25,459 nucleotides of DNA from Gemmatimonadota bacterium (GTDB taxonomy: Bacteria; Latescibacterota; UBA2968; UBA8231): NCBI GenBank assembly GCA_038128265.1, contig JAYPJE010000054.1, positions 1 to 25,459 of the forward strand, in the 5' to 3' direction. The notes below the pieces were generated by a model, which was not told the DNA's origin, ran no database searches, and saw only the letters and a program-made list of their open reading frames with translations. The translations under genes and the position numbers were made by a program. Positions 8,071-16,117 of the stretch are shown one piece after another (within the stretch, counting starts at the first letter, position 1; every line of letters starts with the position of its first letter).

Positions 8071-8166
8071 ATGGCCGGGAGATTCCGCGTAAAAATAGAG
8101 TTTAGTGTGGGAGCAGGAGCGCCGATGGAGCGACCGTCTCGCCGCGGGGGAGTGTGCGGAAGATGA
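8071..8166 (+). CDS. Candidate small upstream ORF / leader peptide (31 aa, MAGRFRVKIEFSVGAGAPMERPSRRGGVCGR)
   Basis: GGAGG at 8061-8065, ATG at 8071. Its TGA (8164-8166) overlaps the sulfatase ATG (8163-8165). No homology evidence. Confidence 0.4.
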   Translation: MAGRFRVKIEFSVGAGAPMERPSRRGGVCGR

Positions 8167-9644
8167 AGGCGATCATGGTCATGTTTGACTCGCTCAATCG
8201 CCACATGTTGCCTCCCTACGGCTGTGATTGGGTGCACGCGCCCAATTTCCAGCGCTTGGCCGAACGCAGTGCGACCTTCGAGAATAGCTATGTGTGTTCG
8301 ATGCCGTGCATGCCGGCGCGGCGCGATCTGCACACCGGTCGCCCCAACTTCCTTCACCGAGCCTGGGGTCCGCTCGAACCCTTTGACGCTTCCGTGCCGC
8401 GCATGCTGGACGAGGGCGGCATCTCTTCTCACCTGGTCAGCGATCATCAGCACTACTGGGAAGCCGGCGGTGCGACCTACCATACGCAGTATAGCACCTG
8501 GCAGTTTTTTCGCGGTCAGGAGGGTGACGTATGGATGGGGCAGGTTGCCGATCCACCCAAGCCGCACGCGCACGGTCGCAACGCCGACAACGCCCGCTGG
8601 CCACACCGTCAGGACCTGGTCAACCGCCAGTTTATGCGCCGTGCCGAAGAGCAGCCGCAGCGCAAGACCTTTGCTGCCGGCATCGATTTTATGCGGCGCA
8701 ACAGCGGCGAGGATAGCTGGTTTTTGCAGATTGAGACCTTTGATCCACACGAGCCCTTTTTCACTCAGCGCGAGTATCAGGATCTGTACCGCGATCTCAT
8801 CGGCGACCGCAGCGGCCCGCTCTTTGACTGGCCCAGCTACGGCGCCGTTACGGAGAGCCGCGAACTCGTAGAGCAGTGTCGCGGTCACTACGCTGCGCTG
8901 CTCAGCATGTGCGATGCCTCGTTGGGCAACGTGCTTGACGAAATGGATCGTCTGCAGATGTGGGACGATACGATGCTTATCGTGTGGACCGATCACGGCT
9001 TTTTGCTGGGCGAACACGATATGTGGGCCAAGGTCCACGTGCCGTGGTACGGGGAGATGGCGCACACGCCGTTTTTTGTCTGGGATCCCCGTTCGCGCGT
9101 CGCCGGTCAGCGTCGGCACAGTCTAGTGCAGCCCTCGATTGATATCGGGCCCACGCTGCTGGATTTCTTTGGCATAGAGCGCGATGAGCACATGCTCGGC
9201 CACGCGCTAGGCGAAGTGGTGGCTGCCGATGGCGCGGTGCGCGAGGCGGCGCTCTTTGGCCACCACGGCGGTCAAGTCAACGTCACCGACGGGCGTTACG
9301 TCTACATGCGCAGTCCGTCATCGGGCGATAACGAGCCGCTCTACAACTATACGCTGATGCCCACGCATATGCGCAGTGCGTTTTCCCTCGACGAACTGCG
9401 CGCGGCCGAATACGCGGCGGATTTTTCCTTTACGCGCGGCTGTCGTCTGCTGCGCACGGCGGCGGGAGGGCGCTGGCCGAGCCAGTGTGCCTACGGCAAT
9501 TTACTGTTTGACCTGCAGTCTGACCCGCAGCAGCAGGCCCCGCTCGTCGACGAGGCTATCGAACAACGCATGATCGATCATATGCTTGGACTGATGCGCG
9601 CCTGCGATGCACCAGAAGAGCAGTACGCGCGTCTGGGACTTTAA
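8163..9644 (+). CDS. Formylglycine-dependent (Cys-type) sulfatase, no signal peptide
   Basis: MKAIMVMFDSLNRH start; CMPARRDLHTGR (CxPxR signature); FDPHEPF; WTDHGFLLGEH...K; LLFDLQSDP. Confidence 0.92.
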   Translation: MKAIMVMFDSLNRHMLPPYGCDWVHAPNFQRLAERSATFENSYVCSMPCMPARRDLHTGRPNFLHRAWGPLEPFDASVPRMLDEGGISSHLVSDHQHYWEAGGATYHTQYSTWQFFRGQEGDVWMGQVADPPKPHAHGRNADNARWPHRQDLVNRQFMRRAEEQPQRKTFAAGIDFMRRNSGEDSWFLQIETFDPHEPFFTQREYQDLYRDLIGDRSGPLFDWPSYGAVTESRELVEQCRGHYAALLSMCDASLGNVLDEMDRLQMWDDTMLIVWTDHGFLLGEHDMWAKVHVPWYGEMAHTPFFVWDPRSRVAGQRRHSLVQPSIDIGPTLLDFFGIERDEHMLGHALGEVVAADGAVREAALFGHHGGQVNVTDGRYVYMRSPSSGDNEPLYNYTLMPTHMRSAFSLDELRAAEYAADFSFTRGCRLLRTAAGGRWPSQCAYGNLLFDLQSDPQQQAPLVDEAIEQRMIDHMLGLMRACDAPEEQYARLGL

Positions 9645-9656
9645 GAGGAGGATGCT

Positions 9657-10685
9657 ATGAGTGCTGTGGGCGCCTATTACGTGCGCGCAGGCGAAGTGGA
9701 AGTTGCCGCCAGTGAAGCGGTTGCACCGCTGGCCGAGCAGGTGCGCATCGAAGTGGATTGGTGTGGGGTGTGCGGAACGGATTTGCACATCTACCAGGGC
9801 CATATGGACGGGCGCTTTGACGGCCGGCGCGTTATTGGTCACGAAATGTCGGGTCGCGTCGCCGAACTCGGTCCCGGCGTCGTCGGCTACGAACTGGGCG
9901 ACCCCGTGGTCGTGCGCCCGCTCGACGCCTGCGGCGTCTGTCCGGCCTGCCGGGCCGGGCACGGCCACATTTGCCAGCGCCTCAACTTTATCGGCATCGA
10001 CAGTCCGGGTGCATTTCAGACTTCGTGGACCGTGCCGGCCCACTTGCTGCACAAACTGCCGGCCGACGTAGCGATGGATCGCGCTGCTCTCATCGAACCG
10101 CTAGCTGTGGCCTGTCACGACGTGCGCTTAGGGCAGGTAGAAGCCGGCGATAAGGCGGTCGTGATTGGCGGTGGGCCTATTGGTTTGCTCAACGCGCTGG
10201 TGGCCCGGCACGCCGGTGCCGAGGTGCTGCTGAGCGAGGTGAGCGCGTTTCGTCTAGGCAAGGCCGAACAGCTGGGATTAGCGACCGTCAATCCGCTGCG
10301 CGACGATCTCGAGGGGCGCGTCGAGGAATGGACGCAAGGGGCAGGAGCCGACGTCGTATTCGAAGTATCGGGCTCGGCCGCTGGCGCAGCGGCGATGACG
10401 CGCATTGCCAAGGTGCGCGGTCGCATCGTCGTCGTAGCTATTTTTGCCCAGGCTCCTCCCGTCGACCTATTCCAATTTTTCTGGCGCGAACTGCAGCTGT
10501 GCGGCGTGCGCGTCTATGAACGGGAAGACTACGAACGCGCTATTGAGCTGGTTGAGCCACTGGGCGATGTGTTGGATGCGCTGGTGACGGCGCGCCGACC
10601 GCTGGGGCAGCTGCCGGGCGTATTGGCCGAACTCGAAGCGGGGGCTGAAGAAGTCAAGGTGTTAATTGATATCCGAGGAGCGTAG
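9657..10685 (+). CDS. Zn-dependent medium-chain dehydrogenase (sugar-acid/polyol type, idonate/gulonate/sorbitol dehydrogenase-like)
   Basis: CGVCGTDLH, IGHEMSG, structural Zn motif CGVCPAC......HIC, IEPLAVACH, GGGPIG. SD GAGGAGG. Confidence 0.9.
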   Translation: MSAVGAYYVRAGEVEVAASEAVAPLAEQVRIEVDWCGVCGTDLHIYQGHMDGRFDGRRVIGHEMSGRVAELGPGVVGYELGDPVVVRPLDACGVCPACRAGHGHICQRLNFIGIDSPGAFQTSWTVPAHLLHKLPADVAMDRAALIEPLAVACHDVRLGQVEAGDKAVVIGGGPIGLLNALVARHAGAEVLLSEVSAFRLGKAEQLGLATVNPLRDDLEGRVEEWTQGAGADVVFEVSGSAAGAAAMTRIAKVRGRIVVVAIFAQAPPVDLFQFFWRELQLCGVRVYEREDYERAIELVEPLGDVLDALVTARRPLGQLPGVLAELEAGAEEVKVLIDIRGA

Positions 10686-10688
10686 GGA

Positions 10689-11456
10689 ATGGGCATTTTA
10701 GACTTGTTTAAGCTGGATGGAAAAACGGCCTTGGTTACGGGCTGCCGGCGCGGTATAGGGCGCGGTTTTGCCCAGGCGTTGGCCGAAGCCGGAGCCGATA
10801 TTGTCGGAGTGAGCGCATCGCTTGAGGCCGACAGCCAAGTCGAGGCCGACGTAAGGGCGCTAGGCAAGAATTTTAGGGGTTATGCGTGCGACTTTTCCGA
10901 TCGCGCTGCGCTGCGCGCTTTTGCCGAAGAGGTAGAGCGCGATGCGGGGCCCATCGATATTTTGATAAACAACGCCGGCACGATTATGCGCGCTCCGGCC
11001 GAAGAACACCCAGATGAATACTGGGACAAGGTCATCGAGGTCAACCTCAGCGCGCAGTTTGTGCTGGCGCGCGAGTTTGGTCGTTCGATGGTGGCGCGCG
11101 GCAGCGGCAAAATCGTCTTTACGGCCTCGGTGCTTACGTTCCAGGGCGGGATTACGGTGCCGGGCTATGCGGCGGCCAAGGGCGGTATTGGCCAGCTGAC
11201 GATGGCGCTGTCGAACGAGTGGGCGAGTCGGGGAGTGAACGTCAATGCCATTGCGCCGGGGTATATCGCTACCGACAACAACCAGGCTCTGCGCGACGAC
11301 CCGCAGCGCAACGAGCAGCTGTTGGTGCGCATACCGGCTGGGCGCTGGGGCGCGCCCGACGATTTGAAAGGGGCGGTCGTCTGGTTGTCTTCGGCTGCAG
11401 CGGACTACGTGCACGGGTCGGTCGTCGTCGTCGACGGCGGCTGGCTGGGCCGGTAA
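10689..11456 (+). CDS. kduD: SDR oxidoreductase, 2-dehydro-3-deoxy-D-gluconate 5-dehydrogenase (KduD)-like
   Basis: LFKLDGKTALVTGCRRGIG, NNAG, ASVLTFQGGITVPGYAAAKGG (YxxxK), NVNAIAPGYIATDN, RIPAGRWG, VDGGWLGR. Exact substrate not provable. Confidence 0.8.
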   Translation: MGILDLFKLDGKTALVTGCRRGIGRGFAQALAEAGADIVGVSASLEADSQVEADVRALGKNFRGYACDFSDRAALRAFAEEVERDAGPIDILINNAGTIMRAPAEEHPDEYWDKVIEVNLSAQFVLAREFGRSMVARGSGKIVFTASVLTFQGGITVPGYAAAKGGIGQLTMALSNEWASRGVNVNAIAPGYIATDNNQALRDDPQRNEQLLVRIPAGRWGAPDDLKGAVVWLSSAAADYVHGSVVVVDGGWLGR

Positions 11457-11485
11457 TACATCGCATGTGACAAGGAGTGTGTAAT

Positions 11486-12490
11486 ATGGCTATTCGAATG
11501 GCGCAGTATGGGACAAAACACGGGCATGCCAGCGGCAAACTGCGCGCCATGCAGCAAAACCCGGACGTCGAGTTAGTGGGGGTCTACGAGCCGGATGCGG
11601 CGCGGCGAGCCGAGTGCGAAGGGGGCGATGGACCCTATGCAAACGTCCCCTTTTTCGAAAGCGAAGAAGCTATGTTGGGTGATGGATCCATTGTCGCCAT
11701 CGCTTCGGAGGGCCTCAATGCCGAAAGTCTGGAGCAAACGGCGCGCATTATCGCCGCCAATAAGCACGCATGGTACGACAAGCCAGCCGGCGACGACTGG
11801 GCGCGCTGGCAGCAGGTCGTGGCCGACGCGGCGGCGCGCGGTCTGCACATCCAGATGGGCTATATGCTGCGCTATCACGACGGTTTTCAGCGGGTAGCCG
11901 AGTGGGCGCGGAGCGGAGCCCTCGGCGATATCTATTCCGTGCGCGCGCATATGTCGACGAATATTCCGCCCGAGGCGCGCGCGGTGATTGGCCGTTCGCA
12001 CGTAGGCGGCATTTTTTACGATCTGGCCGGCCACATGCTCGATCAGGTCGTATGGATACTCGGGCGCCCGCACAAAGTGACGGCCTTCTTGCGCAACGAC
12101 AGCGGACAGGTGCCCGATTTTAGCGACAATACGCTGGGCGTATTCGAATACGAGCGCGCCATGGCCTGGGTGGATATTGCGGCGATGGAAGCGCGCCCCA
12201 TGGCGCGTCGCTTTGAGGTCTACGGCAGTGCAGGTAGCGCTATTCTCGTTGAGCCATTTGAACCCGGCCACGCCATTCGCCTGTGTTTGGAAGAGCCGTT
12301 TGGCGAATACGTCAAAGGCGAGCAGTTGGTGTCCATTGAAGGCCCTTCGCGCCAGACGACCTACGAACGCGAGCTGGAGGCCTTTGTAGGCGTGCTATCG
12401 CAGCAGCGCCCGCCCGATCGAACGCTCGATCACGAGCTGCTCGTGCAGGAGACGCTGCTGCGCGCCGTCGGTCTTATCGCCGAAGGCTAG
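11486..12490 (+). CDS. Gfo/Idh/MocA family oxidoreductase
   Basis: ATG after AAGGAG; Rossmann-like N-terminus, WYDKP (EKP equivalent), QMGYMLRY, YDLAGHMLD. Confidence 0.88.
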   Translation: MAIRMAQYGTKHGHASGKLRAMQQNPDVELVGVYEPDAARRAECEGGDGPYANVPFFESEEAMLGDGSIVAIASEGLNAESLEQTARIIAANKHAWYDKPAGDDWARWQQVVADAAARGLHIQMGYMLRYHDGFQRVAEWARSGALGDIYSVRAHMSTNIPPEARAVIGRSHVGGIFYDLAGHMLDQVVWILGRPHKVTAFLRNDSGQVPDFSDNTLGVFEYERAMAWVDIAAMEARPMARRFEVYGSAGSAILVEPFEPGHAIRLCLEEPFGEYVKGEQLVSIEGPSRQTTYERELEAFVGVLSQQRPPDRTLDHELLVQETLLRAVGLIAEG

Positions 12491-12939
12491 CCCTTGCGGC
12501 GGTCGAGTTCGGCATGGGCTTTTTTAGCCAGCGCGCGCGACTCGTCGTAGCGCGGGCTCGTCGAGCGCACGATGTTGAGATACTTAATGGCCTCCCGCCA
12601 GTCGCTGCGCTCAAAGGCTTCTTTGCCGACAAAGAAGTTGCAGGCGCTGACCATTTCGCGCGCTTCTTGGTAGTCGACAAACTCCGACTTTACCTGCAGT
12701 AGTTTGTCGGTTGCCTTTTTCCAGCGGCCGGCTGCGTAGAGCTCTTTCCCCCAGTTGAAATAGGCTTTGGCGGTCATCTCGCGGGCGGCTGGGCGATCGG
12801 CGTTGGTCGTGGCGACGTGGCCATAGTGAAAGATGGCCCCTTTCCAATCGCCGCGCGAAAAGGCCTCGTTGCCGGCGTCAAATTGGTTGGCACAGCCGAT
12901 GGCGAAGGCGGAGAGAATGAGGAAGCTGAGCGTTTTCAT
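12487..12939 (-). CDS. Small tetratricopeptide-repeat lipoprotein (150 aa)
   Basis: ATG after GGAGGTGA; MKTLSFLILSAFAIG-C signal peptide with lipobox-like end; three TPR-like repeats (FDAGNEAFSRGDWKGA, FNWGKELYAAGRWKKA, FFVGKEAFERSDWREA). Confidence 0.8.
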   Translation of the reverse strand: MKTLSFLILSAFAIGCANQFDAGNEAFSRGDWKGAIFHYGHVATTNADRPAAREMTAKAYFNWGKELYAAGRWKKATDKLLQVKSEFVDYQEAREMVSACNFFVGKEAFERSDWREAIKYLNIVRSTSPRYDESRALAKKAHAELDRRKG

Positions 12940-12982
12940 GCGATCACCTCCTTGCGTAAAGGGCGTGCTTAATGGCCATTTC

Positions 12983-12997
12983 GCAAAACGCATGCCG
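12983..12997 (-). promoter_or_regulatory. Putative sigma54 -24/-12 promoter of the TPR lipoprotein
   Basis: Minus strand CGGCATGCGTTTTGC has exact GG-N10-GC spacing and is close to TGGCACG-N4-TTGC; it lies about 30 nt upstream of the SD. Confidence 0.5.
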
Positions 12998-13056
12998 CCG
13001 GTGGTGACGTGCGCGCGCTCTTCATAAGATGCTGTTTTTATTGGTTTAGTTGTAAA

Positions 13057-13080
13057 ATTGGCGTCCTGTTAAACGCCAAT
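13057..13080. repeat. Perfect inverted repeat (terminator of the GH113 gene or enhancer-binding site)
   Basis: ATTGGCGT-cctgttaa-ACGCCAAT; followed by a short T-run on the minus strand. Confidence 0.55.
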
Positions 13081-13120
13081 CTACCCGTCTCTTGAATGCC
13101 TCAGTGAGATAGGGCTGTCG

Positions 13121-14119
13121 CTAGTCCTGCCACGCTTCGGCGATGACAGCGCGCAGGTGCGGAGCGGCTAGCTGGAAGTTGCGACCTGTCGGTCGGGGGT
13201 GGGGGAACCACTTCCACAGCAGGGCGCCGACGATGCGCTCTTCCTCTTCGATGGCCTGTAGGGCAGCGCGCATGCACGCTATTTGCACAGGGCGGGCGTC
13301 GTCGCCGTCCGTGGCGTAGTCCCACGGCTGTATGGGTGCGCGATGCGACTGGTTATAGCCCAATTCCGTGAAGAGAATATTGCGATTGTGGATGTCGCCA
13401 TAGGTGCGCAGCTCGTCCATGCGCCGCTGCCATCCGCGCCGGATGGCTTCTTCGCTGGAATCGGTGCTGTCGGCTAGGGGGAAGTAGGCCTGAATGCCGA
13501 TGACGTCGAGGGCATCCCAGAACGGCACGCGTTCGTAGTCGGTCCAATTGGCGGCATAGGTTAGCGGTGCGCCGGTCTGCTCGCGCACGTCGGCGATCAG
13601 CGCGCGCCACTGCGCCTCAAACGGCAGCATGCGGTCTAATTCGGTTCCTACGACAAAACCATCGGCCTCGCTGCAGGCCGCCGCTAGTAGCAGAATCCAC
13701 TCTCTGTAATCGCGCCAAAAGGTTGTCCACTGCTCCTCTTGGGCAAATTCGATTTCTCCGCGCCATGCAAAAGGCGATCCCCAGTAGGCAATATGCGGCT
13801 TGATGCAGATGTTCAGGCCGAGTTGGTGTGCCTCGCGAATGGGGCGCACCAGATGGGCGGGTGGATTGGTTGGATCAAAGCGCCCAAACTGCAGCGAGCC
13901 ATCACTGTTAATGCGGGCGTAGGGATGGATGGCAACCCAATTGGCGCCGAGTGCGCGGATGTCCTCTAAGGTGGGCAGCATGGCGTCCGAGCCCCAGTCG
14001 CGGCCGCTGCCGTGCGTGGAAATGGTAATGCCGCGCACGGTGTGCTTATTGTCGTCGGCACCAGCGGTGTAGGGCAGGAGAGCGCATGCGATAAAGAAGA
14101 GCGTAACAAGGCGCTGCAT
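13121..14119 (-). CDS. Secreted glycoside hydrolase family 113-like (clan GH-A TIM barrel) protein
   Basis: Signal peptide MQRLVTLFFIACALLPYTAGA; GANWVAI, IKPHI, WRGEI, VVGTELD (acid/base Glu), LTYAANW, FWDALDVIGIQAYFPL, LFTELGY (nucleophile Glu), LWKW. Confidence 0.85.
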   Translation of the reverse strand: MQRLVTLFFIACALLPYTAGADDNKHTVRGITISTHGSGRDWGSDAMLPTLEDIRALGANWVAIHPYARINSDGSLQFGRFDPTNPPAHLVRPIREAHQLGLNICIKPHIAYWGSPFAWRGEIEFAQEEQWTTFWRDYREWILLLAAACSEADGFVVGTELDRMLPFEAQWRALIADVREQTGAPLTYAANWTDYERVPFWDALDVIGIQAYFPLADSTDSSEEAIRRGWQRRMDELRTYGDIHNRNILFTELGYNQSHRAPIQPWDYATDGDDARPVQIACMRAALQAIEEEERIVGALLWKWFPHPRPTGRNFQLAAPHLRAVIAEAWQD

Positions 14120-14266
14120 AGGGCGTTGACGTCGCGTTGTGATAGGTAAAAGGCTTGCGTAGATTAGCACTCGCTGCTGCGGTAAATATAGAGGCGCGCG
14201 GGGCGAAGACCAGTGCGGCTTGTCCATAACCTATCGCAGCGCGCTCGAATAACGGGAGGGGACCCG

Positions 14267-14932
14267 ATGTCTACCATGGCCGCACTGACGCAAAACGGCC
14301 GCACGTTCCTGCTGCTCAACGCCGATGCCGAAGCGGGGGGTGATAATGGAGTGCACATCGATAGAGAAGCCGGCGGATTGGTGCGCGTCGCCGATAGCGG
14401 CGGAGTGCCAATCGCGACGGCAGGGGCGATGTCTAGATTGGGGTTGGCGCTGCTATTCTTGCCTGCCGATGCCGGGGCGTCACGCCTATCCAAAATACTC
14501 CTCGACTGCCGCGACGTGTGCAGCGCCCTAGCGCGGATCGAGGCCGAAGCGGCTCACAGCCCGACGTTGCCCGGTGGCCAAGTGCTACTGGGCGATAGCG
14601 ATTGTATTGCGCTGGTCCGCTACGGTGCCGGTCGCGCCGAGTGCGAAACGCGCGAGACCGGTCTGCTCGTGTGCGCGACGTCTGTAGCAGGTGATGGAGG
14701 GGGAAACGGGCAGCCGGACGATGTCTTGCGCGGTGATGCGATGCGCGGGTTGGTCGAGGAACTCTACGCCTGGTTGCCGACGCTCGACAACGAAGATGTG
14801 GTAGAACGCTGCCAGGGGGGGCTCTGCAAGGAGCCGCTGTATACTGTGCACACGCGCTATTCGCTCGTCGTTGATGTCCAGGAACACCGCATGGAATGCG
14901 CGATGCGCGGAGCGCCCTGGAAAGCGCTTTAA
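14267..14932 (+). CDS. Ntn-hydrolase / peptidase C45-like protein with atypical catalytic residues
   Basis: ATG after GGAGG. Pattern ST...GRTFLLLNAD, GAMSRLGLA, KILLDCRDV..A, VLLGD, TRYSLVVD...GAPW parallels C45 beta-chains (recognised by eye). Confidence 0.55.
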   Translation: MSTMAALTQNGRTFLLLNADAEAGGDNGVHIDREAGGLVRVADSGGVPIATAGAMSRLGLALLFLPADAGASRLSKILLDCRDVCSALARIEAEAAHSPTLPGGQVLLGDSDCIALVRYGAGRAECETRETGLLVCATSVAGDGGGNGQPDDVLRGDAMRGLVEELYAWLPTLDNEDVVERCQGGLCKEPLYTVHTRYSLVVDVQEHRMECAMRGAPWKAL

Positions 14933-14962
14933 GCGAAAAACCTATACGGGAGAGAATACATA

Positions 14963-16060
14963 ATGGATAGGCGCTACAGAGTGGCCTTGGTCGGCTGTGG
15001 TGGTATGGGACGCCAGCATATCAGCGCGCTGAAAGACGTGCACGAGTTTGAATTTGTCGCTCTCTGCGATGTTTCGGACGAAGCGCTGGCACGCGCCGGC
15101 GAACTGGTCGATGCCAGAGCATACCGCGAATGTGCTCATATGTGCGACGATGCCAAGCCGGACATCGTCGTCGTGGCGACGCAGACGCGCGGACACTGCG
15201 CGCCGAGCGTGGAGGCGCTGGAGCGCGGGATAAGCGTTCTATGCGAAAAGCCGATTGCGATTGACCTAGGCGAAGCCGATGCCATGGTCGATGCCGCCCA
15301 GCGCAGTGGAGCGCGCCTGGCAATTAACCAGCAAAACCACGTCAACCCGGGCATTCGCCGGGCACAGCAGATGGTGCGCGAAGGCGCAATTGGCGAGGTG
15401 GTGCTGGTGCGCGGGCGCAATAAATGCGGTCGCAAGAGCGGCAATGAGTTTACCGAGATGGGCACGCATGTGACGGATATGATGCTCTGTTTTGGCGGAA
15501 GTCCCACCTGGTGTTCGGGCACGATATACTGGCAGGGTGCGCTGGCCGACGTCAGCGGCGTTATGGAAGCCAAGGAAATGTCGCCCAAAGATCGCGACTC
15601 GGGTCCGGTGCTGGGCGAGCGCGCCGTCGGACAGTACGGATTCGCCAACGGCGTGCTCGGCGAGATTCATTTTCTCGGCTACCAAACGCTGATGAGTGCC
15701 AACTACGGTGTTGATGTGTTGGGCACGGAGGGGCAATTGGCCGTGCGCGCATCGCGCAGTGTGGACCCCTGTTTGTGGCACCTGCCGCGGCCGATGGAGG
15801 GCATGCCGTCTGACTTGGGTGATTGGCAGCCGGTGCACTTGGGTGATATGGCCGGCGAGGACCCTATCGTAGCGATGTATCGCGCGCTGGCCAAGGCCAT
15901 AGAGGAAGATGGGGCACCCCCGAGCAGTGGCATCGAGGGACGCACGGCCTTCGAGATGATACTGGGCCTGTACCAGTCGCACCGCGAGGGCGGACGGCGC
16001 GTCGATCTACCGCTGGTCGAGCGTCGACACCCGCTGGAAGTATGGCGCGCGGAGGCGTAA
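14963..16060 (+). CDS. Gfo/Idh/MocA family oxidoreductase
   Basis: RVALVGCGGMG, PDIVVVAT, VLCEKP, GAIGEV, EMGTHVTD. SD GGAGAG. Confidence 0.92.
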   Translation: MDRRYRVALVGCGGMGRQHISALKDVHEFEFVALCDVSDEALARAGELVDARAYRECAHMCDDAKPDIVVVATQTRGHCAPSVEALERGISVLCEKPIAIDLGEADAMVDAAQRSGARLAINQQNHVNPGIRRAQQMVREGAIGEVVLVRGRNKCGRKSGNEFTEMGTHVTDMMLCFGGSPTWCSGTIYWQGALADVSGVMEAKEMSPKDRDSGPVLGERAVGQYGFANGVLGEIHFLGYQTLMSANYGVDVLGTEGQLAVRASRSVDPCLWHLPRPMEGMPSDLGDWQPVHLGDMAGEDPIVAMYRALAKAIEEDGAPPSSGIEGRTAFEMILGLYQSHREGGRRVDLPLVERRHPLEVWRAEA

Positions 16061-16117
16061 CTGTGCACGGCCAACAGAGGGGGCTTGCTGTGAGCAGTGC
16101 GATGGGGCCGTGCCGGA

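Noticed and set aside
8013..9119. 368-aa minus-strand ORF (also 771-1586, 11573-12271, 15266-15982, 18531-19244)
   Set aside because: Antisense shadows of well-supported genes; no motifs, and expected in GC-rich DNA.
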